Assembly (NCBI RefSeq): GCF_001612635.1
Contig: NZ_BDAV01000001.1
Span: forward strand, 130,227-162,226
Source: Nocardia africana NBRC 100379
Lineage (GTDB): Bacteria; Actinomycetota; Actinomycetes; Mycobacteriales; Mycobacteriaceae
Direction: 5' to 3'
DNA length: 32,000 bases
Shown: positions 1-8,296 of the stretch, in pieces
Layout of the letters: each line of letters begins with the position of its first letter
Position numbering within the stretch: position 1 is the first letter of the stretch
Program-made: the position numbers and the translations under genes
Notes under the pieces: generated by a model
The model's database searches: none
What the model saw: the letters and a program-made list of their open reading frames with translations, nothing else
What the model was told of the DNA's origin: nothing

Positions 1-200
1 CGTGACGCCCGGCTGCGGGGTGGTGACGCCCGGCTGGTTCGGCGTGGTGACACCCGGCTGATTGGGGGTGGTGACGCCCGGCTGCGGAGTTCCGTTGCGC
101 TGCGGGCCGTTCTGCTGGGGGCCGTTCTGCTGGTTGTTGTTCTGCGGCCCGTTCTGCTGAGTGCCGTTCTGCTGCGGGGCATTCTGCTGCGTGCCCGGCG
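1..200 (-). repeat. In-frame coding tandem repeats: 24-nt unit (tggtgacRcccggctg+N8 = PNQPGVTT) x about 4 at 1-90, then 12-18-nt gccgttctgctg units (QQNG) at 91-200
   Basis: Direct reading: copies start at about 1 (partial), 21, 45 and 69. gccgttctgctg or a close variant recurs five times between 105 and 195. Confidence 0.7.
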
Positions 201-375
201 CGTCCTGGCTCTGGCCGTTGTTGTTGTCCTGCGCGGGTGCCTCGTTGGTGGCGCCCGGCTGCGCCGGAGTGGTCGGCACGCTCGGCTGATCGGCCGGCGC
301 GGCGCTCGCCGTACCCGACGCGAGGATGGTTGCCACGGCGGCCGCCGTGGCCAGTGGCAACGACGTCGTGGCCAT
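1..375 (-). CDS. Secreted Gln/Asn/Pro-rich tandem-repeat protein, N-terminal part only (C-terminus lies beyond the left window edge)
   Basis: Absent from the ORF track because no stop lies inside the window. The reverse complement from ATG at 375..373 reads MATTSLPLATAAAVATILASGTASA/APADQPSVPTTPAQPGATNE... This is a Sec-type signal peptide (hydrophobic core, ASA-A cleavage-like site). It is followed by QQNG(P/T) repeats and PNQPGVTT repeats. The frame stays open to nt 1. Confidence 0.6.
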   Translation of the reverse strand, partial: MATTSLPLATAAAVATILASGTASAAPADQPSVPTTPAQPGATNEAPAQDNNNGQSQDAPGTQQNAPQQNGTQQNGPQNNNQQNGPQQNGPQRNGTPQPGVTTPNQPGVTTPNQPGVTTPQPGVT

Positions 376-394
376 CGCTCGCTGCGCCCGACTC

Positions 395-548
395 GGCTTA
401 CGATGTTTCACTGTCTCGCAATCCCTTTCCCGAGCTCGGCCACTGCCACCGACCGACGAACGCCGTCCGATGGGGCCGTCTCCATTGGTCCCTCATCGAT
501 GTCCGGTCCGCACCCTGCTGCGGTCCGCGAGCCGCTCGCGGATTCCCG
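395..548 (-). promoter_or_regulatory. Candidate structured 5' leader, possibly a ydaO/c-di-AMP-type riboswitch, upstream of the secreted repeat protein
   Basis: The gap between the lpdA-like stop (735) and the downstream ATG (375) is 359 nt. The minus-strand RNA contains GGGAAUCC plus an 8-bp hairpin (525-541). It also contains CGAUG-A-GGGACCAAUGGAGACGG (498-475) and GAGACAGUGAAA-CAUCG-UAAGCC (417-395). CGAUG (498-494) can pair with CAUCG (405-401). These resemble, from memory, ydaO sub-motifs (GAGCGGGGGACCCAAUAGAACGG ... GACAGCUAACCUCGUAAGCG). No covariance-model search was run. Confidence 0.3.
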
Positions 549-734
549 GCCCGGGAAAGATTTGCATTCATTCCCCCCGCACGTGAACCTGCCAACCGCC
601 CACCAGTGACATCTCTGCCGGAAGTGAACCATACGAACAAGTTTCAGGCAACCGGTGCTACCCGACTGTGGGAAGCCGCACTCCGTCCGGCAAAACGTCA
701 AGCGGGGCAGTGCATTTGAAACAGCCGCTGCCCA

Positions 735-2138
735 CTAATCGAGGTCGTCGTGACGCATCAGCTGCCGCGCCGCCTCGGTGACCGATCCGGACAGCGACGG
801 ATATACCGAGAACGTCTGCGCCAGGTCGTTCACCGTCAGGTTGTTCTGGACCGCGATCGCGATCGGCAGGATCAGTTCGGAGGCGATGGGTGCGACCACC
901 ACGCCGCCGATCACCACACCGGTGGCGGGCCGGCAGAAGATCTTCACGAAGCCGCGGCGCAGGCCCGACATCTTGGCTCGGGGATTGGTGTTGAGCGGCA
1001 GCATCACCGTGCGCGCGGGCACCTCACCGTTGTCGATCGCGGTCTGGCTGACACCGACGGTGGCGATCTCGGGCCGGGTGAACACCGCGGAGGCGACCGT
1101 CTTCAACCGGATCGGCTGCACACCCTCGCCGAGCGCGTGATACATCGCGATCCGGCCCTGCATCGCCGCGACCGAGGCCAGCGGCAGCAGGCCGGTGCAG
1201 TCACCGGCGGCGTAGATACCGGGCACCGAGGTCCGCGACACGCGGTCGACACGCAGATAACCGCCCCGATCGAGTTCGATACCGATGCGCTCGAGGCCCA
1301 GGTCCTGGGTATTGGGCGTGGAACCGACCGTCATCAGCGCGTGGGAGCCGGTGACCGTGCGCCCGTCGGACAGTTTCACCACGATCCCGTCCGCGGTCCG
1401 CTCGACGGCGTCGGCACGGGCCTGCTTGACCAGCTCCACCCCGCGTTCGGCCAGGGCGTCCTCGAGGACCAGGGCGGCGTCGGCGTCCTCGCCCGGCATC
1501 ATCCGGTCGCGGCTGGAGACGAGCTTCACCTTCACGCCCATCTCGGTGTACGCGGAGACGAATTCGGCGCCGGTGACACCCGAGCCGACCACGACCAGCG
1601 TTTCCGGCAGCTCCTTGAGGTCGTAGAGCTGACGCCAGGTGAGAATGCGTTCACCGTCGGGTTCGGCGCCGCGCAGCACCCGCGGGCTGGCGCCGGTGGC
1701 GATCAGGACGATCTCGGCCTCCATCACCCGCTCGGTGCCGTCGGCGAGCGTCGCGCGCACCAGATGCGTGGCCAGTCCGGCGATCTGGTCGATCAGCTGA
1801 CCGCGGCCGTTGAGGATGGTGACGCCGGCGGCCTGCAGTTTGGACCGGATATCGGACGACTGCGCCTGCGCCAGCGCCTTCACCCGGGAGTTCACCTCCG
1901 ACAACCGCACCTGCGCCTGCGCCATGTGCAGCGTGATGCCCAGATCACGCGCGCGCCGCAGATCGGTGCGCACCCCGGTCGAAGCGATGAAGGTCTTGGA
2001 CGGGACGCAGTCCCACAGCACGCATGCGCCACCGATACCGTCGGAGTCGATCACGGTGACCGTGGCTCCGTGCTGAGCTGCCACCAGCGCCGCCTCGTAG
2101 CCGGCGGGGCCGCCCCCGATGATTGCAATGCGGGCCAT
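735..2138 (-). CDS. lpdA: Flavoprotein disulfide reductase family, NAD(P)H quinone reductase LpdA-like (not a canonical E3)
   Basis: 467-aa ORF. It has an N-terminal IIGGGPAGY FAD fold, a CVLWDC CxxxxC pair and a second VVGSGVTGAEF dinucleotide fold. The C-terminal interface reads YPSLSG where lipoamide dehydrogenases have HPTLxE. Its position next to GGCT-like and amiA1/amiB1-like genes matches Mtb Rv3303c. Confidence 0.88.
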   Translation of the reverse strand: MARIAIIGGGPAGYEAALVAAQHGATVTVIDSDGIGGACVLWDCVPSKTFIASTGVRTDLRRARDLGITLHMAQAQVRLSEVNSRVKALAQAQSSDIRSKLQAAGVTILNGRGQLIDQIAGLATHLVRATLADGTERVMEAEIVLIATGASPRVLRGAEPDGERILTWRQLYDLKELPETLVVVGSGVTGAEFVSAYTEMGVKVKLVSSRDRMMPGEDADAALVLEDALAERGVELVKQARADAVERTADGIVVKLSDGRTVTGSHALMTVGSTPNTQDLGLERIGIELDRGGYLRVDRVSRTSVPGIYAAGDCTGLLPLASVAAMQGRIAMYHALGEGVQPIRLKTVASAVFTRPEIATVGVSQTAIDNGEVPARTVMLPLNTNPRAKMSGLRRGFVKIFCRPATGVVIGGVVVAPIASELILPIAIAVQNNLTVNDLAQTFSVYPSLSGSVTEAARQLMRHDDLD

Positions 2139-2354
2139 GTGTACCTCCGCTATCGAGCCGTGCGGCCGGGATCTCCGGCACTGCCGTCAACGTTATCGGT
2201 CCTGCTCCTCATCGTTTTGACCGCGTCATGGGTGACGTTGCGCGTGTCACCTTCCGGCAATTCTCCGGACATACGCCCGCCTCGCCGAAGACAGGCAGGG
2301 ACCGAACCCGGCCGGATCGAAACAAGCGGTCCCTACATTCGATACTCTTGCCAG

Positions 2355-2837
2355 GTGCCGATATACGCCGCCTACGGATCCAATATGGACCCGGAGCAGA
2401 TGCTCAAGCGCTGTCCGCACTCCCCCGTCTACGGAACGGGCTGGCTGGAAGGGTGGCGCCTGACCTTCGCCGGCGACGACATCGGCTGGGAAGGGCCGCT
2501 CGCGACGGTGGTCGAGGATCCGGGCTCCCGGGTGTTCGTCGTGCTGTACGACGTCTCCGCCGAGGACGAGCAGAGCCTCGACCGGTGGGAGGGTTCGGAT
2601 TTCGGTATCCACAAGAAGATCCGGCTCCGGGTCTCGCCCAATTCGGGCACGGGTACACAGCCGGTCCTGGCGTGGTTGTACGTCCTGGACGCCTACGAGG
2701 GCGGGCTGCCCTCGGCCCGCTACATCGGAGTGATCGCGGACGCGGCCGAAAAGGCCGGAGCCCCGGCCGATTACGTCCACGCGCTGCGCACCCGCAACAG
2801 CCGCAACGTGGGCCCGGGGACCTTCGGCTCGATGTAG
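2355..2837 (+). CDS. Gamma-glutamylcyclotransferase / AIG2-like family protein (Rv3304-like)
   Basis: This is the last 160 codons of the 750..2837 frame; the rest is antisense shadow of lpdA. GTG at 2355 gives (M)PIYAAYGSNMDPEQM, the family-typical YGSN(M/L) N-terminus. An alternative ATG at 2385 would cut that motif. Confidence 0.75.
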   Translation: MPIYAAYGSNMDPEQMLKRCPHSPVYGTGWLEGWRLTFAGDDIGWEGPLATVVEDPGSRVFVVLYDVSAEDEQSLDRWEGSDFGIHKKIRLRVSPNSGTGTQPVLAWLYVLDAYEGGLPSARYIGVIADAAEKAGAPADYVHALRTRNSRNVGPGTFGSM

Positions 2838-2861
2838 CCGGCCCGGCCCCGCCTGGGTGTA

Positions 2862-2887
2862 GCCCGCCGAGTTCGCACCCGGCGGGC
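2862..2887. terminator. GC-rich hairpin between convergent genes (possible bidirectional terminator)
   Basis: gcccgccg (2862-2869) and cggcgggc (2880-2887) are perfect complements with a 10-nt loop. The hairpin sits in the 57-nt gap between two convergent stop codons. There is no clear U-tract. Confidence 0.35.
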
Positions 2888-2894
2888 CGCCCGG

Positions 2895-4283
2895 TCAGCG
2901 TGCCTGCAGGACCAGATTGGTCATCACGCGCACGCCGGCCGCCAGCGCGCGCTCGTCGATGTCGAAGGTCGGCTGGTGGATGTCCAATTGCGGGCCCTCG
3001 CCCGACCACACGCCCAGCCGCGCCATGGCACCCGGAACCTCCTCGAGGTACCAGGAGAAGTCCTCGCCACCGCCCGACTGCGGCGTATCCGAGAGCGCGT
3101 CCGGGCCCAGGCCGAGGATCGCGTCCTCGAACATCCGGGTGGAGAATTCGTCGTTGACCACCGGCGGCACGCCACGCTTGTAGTTCAGCTGGTACCGCAC
3201 ACCGGTCGGCGCGAGGAGCCCGTCGACGATCTCGCGGACCATCGGCTCGAGCAGCGACCAGGTGGTGTGGTCCCCGGTGCGCACGGTCCCGGTCAGCATG
3301 CCGGTCTGCGGAATCGCATTGGGCGCCTTACCCGCCGATACCGCGCCCCACACCATCACCGTGCTGGTTCGCGGATCGATGCGGCGGCTGAGCAGACCCG
3401 GCAGGCCGGTGATGACGGTGCCGATGGCGTAGACCAGATCGCTGGTCAGATGCGGCCGGGAGGTGTGCCCGCCCGGCGAGTCGAGCACGAGTTCCACGGT
3501 GTCGGCAGCCGAGGTGATGGCGCCGACCCGCACCCCGATCCGGCCGACCTCGAGCCGGGGATCGCAGTGCAGGGCGAAGACGCGGGAGACGTCGTCCATC
3601 GCACCCGCGGCGACCATATCGATGGCACCGCCGGGCATGACCTCCTCGGCGTGCTGGAAGACCAGCCGGACGCCGACCGGAAGTTCGTCCAGCTCGGCGA
3701 GGGCGAGGGCGGTGCCGAGCAGGATCGAGGTGTGGGCATCGTGACCGCAGGCGTGCGATACGCCGGGGACGGCCGAGGCGAACGGCCGCCCGGTGTACTC
3801 CTGCAGCGGCAGCGCATCCATATCGGCGCGCAGGGCCAGGCGCGGCCCGGCCGGGCCGATATCGCAGATCAAACCGGTGCCGGTGGGCAGTTTGCGCGGT
3901 TCCAGACCGGCCTTGACCAGCCAGGACTCGACGAATTCGGTGGTGCGGTGCTCGGCGCGGGACAGTTCCGGGTTGGCGTGGATGTGGCGGCGCCAGCCGA
4001 TCAGATCGTCACCGTGGTCGCGCAGCCACGCCTCGACCGCGGCCTGTCCGGCCGTGATCTCCGCCTGCCGTCCGGTCGCGAGCCCGGTGTGCCGACAGGT
4101 ACCGGCCTCCGGGCCCGCCGCCTTGCTCTGCAGGCCCGGGGCTGCTGCTTTGCGGCCCGCCGCCGCGGAAGGGCGCGAACCGGTCGCGGAGTCGTCCTCC
4201 GAACCGGTGGCGGTCTCGTCGCCGCGGCCCGCCGCGGCATCTCCTTCGCGGCCCGCCGGTGATGACCGGCCGATCGTGCTCAC
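2895..4283 (-). CDS. amiA1: M20 family amidohydrolase (N-acyl-L-amino acid amidohydrolase, AmiA1-like) with a low-complexity N-terminal extension
   Basis: Motifs HIHANPELS, VSHACGHDAHT and FQHAEE are present. GTG at 4283..4281 overlaps the upstream gene's TGA (4282..4280) as GTGA. No other canonical start lies before the conserved domain. G/C at codon position 3 stays high through the about 75-aa Gly/Ala/Ser/Asp-rich extension. Confidence 0.8.
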   Translation of the reverse strand: MSTIGRSSPAGREGDAAAGRGDETATGSEDDSATGSRPSAAAGRKAAAPGLQSKAAGPEAGTCRHTGLATGRQAEITAGQAAVEAWLRDHGDDLIGWRRHIHANPELSRAEHRTTEFVESWLVKAGLEPRKLPTGTGLICDIGPAGPRLALRADMDALPLQEYTGRPFASAVPGVSHACGHDAHTSILLGTALALAELDELPVGVRLVFQHAEEVMPGGAIDMVAAGAMDDVSRVFALHCDPRLEVGRIGVRVGAITSAADTVELVLDSPGGHTSRPHLTSDLVYAIGTVITGLPGLLSRRIDPRTSTVMVWGAVSAGKAPNAIPQTGMLTGTVRTGDHTTWSLLEPMVREIVDGLLAPTGVRYQLNYKRGVPPVVNDEFSTRMFEDAILGLGPDALSDTPQSGGGEDFSWYLEEVPGAMARLGVWSGEGPQLDIHQPTFDIDERALAAGVRVMTNLVLQAR

Positions 4284-5665
4284 CGAATTTCCTCCTGTCG
4301 CTGAATACTGCGCTCCAACAACCTGTCCCTGTGTAGTTGATCGCCCGCAACCTGGATTGCGGTACGGGCCAGTGCGCGCGCCCCATCCGCCACCGCGAGA
4401 TCGGCCGACGGCGTCACACAGGCCGCGGCGAACTCCCGCTGGTGCGTCACCGCGCCGCTCGCCTCGATGCCGATAACCGGGTGGATGCCGGGAATGACGT
4501 TCGTGACATTGCCCATATCGGTACTGCCCAGCGGCCGTGCTGCCTCGAGGTCCGGCGCGAGCGGCATACGACCCATACCGAGGATTTGCTCGCGGTAGGC
4601 ACACAGTAGTGCGGAATCCGGCGTGAGCTCGGTATATGTGGGCGCCAGCGCCCGGATTTCATGGGTGCATCCGGTAGCCAGCGCTCCCGCCTCGAAGCAG
4701 GCCGAGGCGCGCTGCAGCAGATCGTCGAGGGATGCGGAGTCGTCTGCCCGCAGGTAGTACAACAGTTCCGCATGGCCGGGCACGATATTCGGGGCAACAC
4801 CGCCCGACTCGACTATACCGTGGAGTTGCTGGCCGGGGCGCAGATGCTGACGCAGCAGACCCAGTGCGACCTGCGCGACGGTGGCGGCGTCCCCGGCGTT
4901 GCGGCCGTACTCCGGCGCGGCGCTGGCATGTGCCTCGCGGCCGTGGAAGGTGATCGACAGATCGGCCAGGGCCAGCGACCGCGCACCCACGATGTCCAGC
5001 GGACCCGGATGCACCATCAGGGCCATCGCGACCCCGTCGAAGACGCCGCGCTCGAGCATCAGCACCTTGCCGCCGCCGCTCTCCTCGGCCGGCGTGCCGA
5101 ACACCTTCACGGTGAGCCCGCACCGATCGGCGACCTCGGCCAGCGCCAGCCCCGCGCCGACGGCGGCCGCGGCGATGATGTTGTGGCCGCAGGCGTGACC
5201 GATCTCGGGCAGCGCGTCGTATTCGGCGCAGATTCCGACCACCAGATCACCGCTGCCGAAGGTGGCCACGAAGGCGGTGTCCAGGTCCGCGACCGGCGTC
5301 TCGATACCGAAACCGCGTTCACGCAGCGGGGCCAGGGTCTTGGCGACACTGCGGTGTTCGGCGAACGCCAGCTCGGGTTCGGCGTGGATGGAATGTGAGA
5401 GGGCGATCAGATCCGATGCGGCGGCCGTGACCGCGGCATCGGCGGCGGCGAGGAGGTCCGGATCCGCCGGGGCCACCGCCGCGTCGGCATCGCCGGCGCG
5501 GACGCCGTGAGTACCGGGGTTACCGTCGCCGGCGTCATCGGCGCCAGGTTCGTCGGCGCGGGCGCAGCCGGGTGCGGCGGCCCGGTGCGCCGACCGGTCC
5601 GTTCGACTCCAGCTGCGTTCGTCCCCGCTGCGTGGCATGGCACACAGTCTCGCACTGTGCGCCAC
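4280..5665 (-). CDS. amiB1: M20 family amidohydrolase (AmiB1-like)
   Basis: Motifs SIHAEPELAF, IGHACGHNIIAA and GTPAEESGGGK are present. The maximal ORF starts at ATG 5665. An alternative GTG at 5476 would give about 398 aa, closer to the usual family length, so the start is uncertain. Confidence 0.8.
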   Translation of the reverse strand: MAHSARLCAMPRSGDERSWSRTDRSAHRAAAPGCARADEPGADDAGDGNPGTHGVRAGDADAAVAPADPDLLAAADAAVTAAASDLIALSHSIHAEPELAFAEHRSVAKTLAPLRERGFGIETPVADLDTAFVATFGSGDLVVGICAEYDALPEIGHACGHNIIAAAAVGAGLALAEVADRCGLTVKVFGTPAEESGGGKVLMLERGVFDGVAMALMVHPGPLDIVGARSLALADLSITFHGREAHASAAPEYGRNAGDAATVAQVALGLLRQHLRPGQQLHGIVESGGVAPNIVPGHAELLYYLRADDSASLDDLLQRASACFEAGALATGCTHEIRALAPTYTELTPDSALLCAYREQILGMGRMPLAPDLEAARPLGSTDMGNVTNVIPGIHPVIGIEASGAVTHQREFAAACVTPSADLAVADGARALARTAIQVAGDQLHRDRLLERSIQRQEEIR

Positions 5666-5683
5666 GCGATGATCATCGGGTTA

Positions 5684-6385
5684 TCAGGAGCCGAAGGCGA
5701 GATTCTCCGGTGTGGTGGGGGTATTCAGGCCCGCGAGGGCCCGTCCGTGCAGCGCACGCTTGATGACCGGCAGATTCGGCTTGCGGTTGCCGGTCAGTGC
5801 CGCGGCCCGCGCCACGGCCGCGGCCAAGACGCCGTCCGCCTCGGCCGCCTCGTCGACGATGCCCGCGGCGATCGCGTCGGCGGCACCGTAGCGGCGGCCG
5901 GTGGTCATCGCCTCGAGCGCGACCTGATTGGCCAGCCGTTCGGTGACGAGCGCGTTCATCGCGACCGTGAACGGCATCCCCAGGTGAACCTCGGGCAGGC
6001 ACCAGTACCCGCGATCCGAGCGCATCACCCGGAAGTCGTGCGAAGTGGCCAGCATGGCGCCCGCACCGAAGGCGTGGCCGTTCAGTGCGGCGACGGTCGG
6101 CATGCCGAAGGCCAGCAGCCGGCTGAAGACGGTGTGCACCCGGTCGAGATACCAGTGCATCTTGTCCATGTTGCCGAACAGCCAATCGGTGTCCAGGCCG
6201 TTGCTGAAGAACTTTCCGGTGGCCACCGTGACCAGCGCCGCCGGCCCCTCGGCGGCCTCGACCTCGTCCAGTTTGGCGTGGATGGCGTCGATCCAGTCGG
6301 GATGGAAGCGGTTCTCGCTGTCGGTCTGACCCTCGTTGCCGAGGTAGAGCACGAATACGTCCCCGTCACGGTCCAAGTACGGCAT
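5684..6385 (-). CDS. Enoyl-CoA hydratase/isomerase (crotonase) family protein
   Basis: 233-aa ORF with a crotonase-like core: FFSNGLD ... ALNGHAFGAGAMLATSHDFRVM ... LPEVHLGMPF. Confidence 0.8.
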   Translation of the reverse strand: MPYLDRDGDVFVLYLGNEGQTDSENRFHPDWIDAIHAKLDEVEAAEGPAALVTVATGKFFSNGLDTDWLFGNMDKMHWYLDRVHTVFSRLLAFGMPTVAALNGHAFGAGAMLATSHDFRVMRSDRGYWCLPEVHLGMPFTVAMNALVTERLANQVALEAMTTGRRYGAADAIAAGIVDEAAEADGVLAAAVARAAALTGNRKPNLPVIKRALHGRALAGLNTPTTPENLAFGS

Positions 6386-6498
6386 AGGCAGAGAATATGC
6401 AGCTCCGGATGAACGCCCGCATCACACCCCCGGCCAAGTTACCGACGAGTTGTCATCACTGCCCCGGGTACGGGCCGGCGACCCTGCCCGGGTACGGG

Positions 6499-7407
6499 TC
6501 AGCGACGTGGCGGAATCGGCACCCGCATCAGATCCTCGGCGATCACCAGGTCCCCGTCGAAATACCGCTCCGCCTCGGCCCGGTGCCCGGCCAGATCGCC
6601 GTAGCGCTGCGAGAAATGGGTCAGGACGAGTGTCCGCACGCCCGCCTCCGCGGCCACCCGTGCCGCCTGCCCCGCGGTGAGGTGGCCGAAATCGTCGGCC
6701 AGCTGCGCCTCGGCCTCCAGGAAGGTGGACTCGATGACCAGCATATCGGCGCCTTCGGCCAATTCCGCTATCCCCGAACACATTCGAGTGTCCATCACGA
6801 AGGCGAAGCGCTGGCCGGGCCGCGGGGCCGAGACCTCGTCGACGGTGACCGTGCGACCGTCGGGCAGCCGGACCGCGCCCTCGCGCTGCAGGGTCCCGAC
6901 CATCGGACCCGCCAGGCCGAATTCGGCGAGCCGCTCCGGCAGGATCCGATAGCTGTCGGGTTCGACGAGCCGATAGCCGAAGGTGTCGATGCGATGCGAC
7001 AGCCGCACCGCCTCGAAGGTGAACGGGGCGTCCGGCAGCGGCACCGGACCGTCCGCGTCGATCGGATGTTCGCGCAGACCGGGAAACGCGGGTACCACGC
7101 CGCGCAGATGGGTGAGCAGCTCGGCGCCCGATCCCGGGAAGCAGATGTCGACCGGATGGGTGACCTGGTCCAGATTGAGCCGCGCCAGCACCCCGGGCAG
7201 GCCCAGGCAGTGGTCGCCGTGGAAATGGGTCAGGCCGATCCGGGTGATGCCACTCGCCGAAACCCCCGCGAACAGCATCTGCCGCTGTGTCCCCTCGCCG
7301 GGGTCGAAGAGCAGGCCGTCACCGTCCCAGCGCAACAGATATCCGTTGTGATTGCGTCGGCGGGTCGGCACCTGACTGGCCGTCCCGAGGACCACGAGTT
7401 CACGCAC
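6499..7407 (-). CDS. rnz: Ribonuclease Z (MBL-fold tRNA 3' endonuclease)
   Basis: GTG at 7407 is preceded by AGGA 8 nt upstream. The N-terminus is (M)[36 protein letters not shown]. The HFHGDH metal motif and C-terminal LTHFSQRY are present. The upstream 46 codons of the tracked ORF are Arg/Pro-rich and overlap the divergent punA region. Confidence 0.82.
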   Translation of the reverse strand: MRELVVLGTASQVPTRRRNHNGYLLRWDGDGLLFDPGEGTQRQMLFAGVSASGITRIGLTHFHGDHCLGLPGVLARLNLDQVTHPVDICFPGSGAELLTHLRGVVPAFPGLREHPIDADGPVPLPDAPFTFEAVRLSHRIDTFGYRLVEPDSYRILPERLAEFGLAGPMVGTLQREGAVRLPDGRTVTVDEVSAPRPGQRFAFVMDTRMCSGIAELAEGADMLVIESTFLEAEAQLADDFGHLTAGQAARVAAEAGVRTLVLTHFSQRYGDLAGHRAEAERYFDGDLVIAEDLMRVPIPPRR

Positions 7408-7508
7408 GGCACCATCCTGCCCTCGCCCCGGCGACCGCGCCCGGCGGCGGCACCCGTGTCCGGCCCGCGACGCGCACAACCGGCCTGCCGGCGCACTATC
7501 GTGGGCCC

Positions 7509-8288
7509 ATGCTTGCCGAACAGGCCGCCGAGGCGATCGCCACACGTACGGGAGTCACGCGTCATCGGGTCGCGGTGGTACTCGGATCCGGCTGGCAGTC
7601 CGCCGCCACCGAGATCGGAGCGCCGCGAGCGTCGATTCCGATGACCGAGCTGCCCGGCTTCGAACCGCCGACGGCCCAGGGACATCAGGGCATCGTCCAT
7701 TCGGTGCAGGTCGGCGAGGTGCCGGTGCTGTTGCTGATGGGCCGCCAGCACCTCTACGAAGGCTACGAACCGCATCGGGTGGTGCACGCGGTACACGCGG
7801 CGGCCGCGGCGGGTGCCGAGACGGTGATCCTCACCAACGCCGCGGGTGGTATCCGCCCGGGCCTGCGCGTCGGCGAGCCGGTGCTGATCAGCGATCACCT
7901 CAATCTCACCGGGCGCACCCCGCTCACCGGGGCCGCGTTCGTGAACATGGTCGACGCCTGGGATCCCGAATTGCGCACGCTGGCAAGGGAAATCGATCCC
8001 TCGCTCGGTGAGGGCGTCTATGCGGGCCTGAACGGGCCGCAGTACGAGACGCCCGCCGAGATTCGCATGCTGGGCGGTATGGGCGCCGACCTGGTCGGCA
8101 TGTCGACCGTGCTGGAGGCGATCGCGGCGCGCTCGCTGGGGCTGCGGCTGCTGGGCATATCGCTGGTGACCAATCTGGCCGCGGGCGTGACCGGCGCACC
8201 CCTGTCCCATCAGGAGGTACTCGCCGAAGGGCAGGCCGCCGCACCGAGATTGGGCAAACTGCTGCGCGGTGTGCTGGAACGGCTGTAG
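7509..8288 (+). CDS. punA: Purine nucleoside phosphorylase (trimeric PunA type; Mtb DeoD/Rv3307-like)
   Basis: ATG at 7509 is in frame with ORF 7287..8288. Motifs [17 protein letters not shown] and [28 protein letters not shown] are present. Confidence 0.9.
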   Translation: MLAEQAAEAIATRTGVTRHRVAVVLGSGWQSAATEIGAPRASIPMTELPGFEPPTAQGHQGIVHSVQVGEVPVLLLMGRQHLYEGYEPHRVVHAVHAAAAAGAETVILTNAAGGIRPGLRVGEPVLISDHLNLTGRTPLTGAAFVNMVDAWDPELRTLAREIDPSLGEGVYAGLNGPQYETPAEIRMLGGMGADLVGMSTVLEAIAARSLGLRLLGISLVTNLAAGVTGAPLSHQEVLAEGQAAAPRLGKLLRGVLERL

Positions 8289-8296
8289 GCGGGCGC

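Noticed and set aside
1-200. Tandem repeats considered as a possible CRISPR array or non-coding satellite
   Set aside because: The units are 12-24 nt, contiguous without spacers, and keep one open reading frame that continues from a signal peptide. They are coding repeats.
237-719. Several 68-160-aa ORFs on both strands inside the 376-734 gap
   Set aside because: Their translations are Arg/Pro/Trp/Ser-rich with no start context and are mutually overlapping. The region is better explained as a leader or promoter.
700-735. Possible terminator hairpin after the lpdA-like stop (gggcag...ctgccc)
   Set aside because: It has only a 6-bp stem with a 17-nt loop, and its U-run is displaced by about 10 nt. 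That is too weak to call.
750-2354. First about 535 codons of the 695-aa plus-strand ORF 750..2837
   Set aside because: It is antisense to the well-supported lpdA-like gene. The translation is Arg/Gly/His/Asp-rich junk typical of high-GC shadow frames. Only the last 160 codons (the GGCT-like gene) are credible.
6397-7644. 415-aa plus-strand ORF antisense to rnz, running into punA
   Set aside because: Shadow ORF. RNase Z motifs lie on the opposite strand, and punA starts independently at 7509 in another frame.
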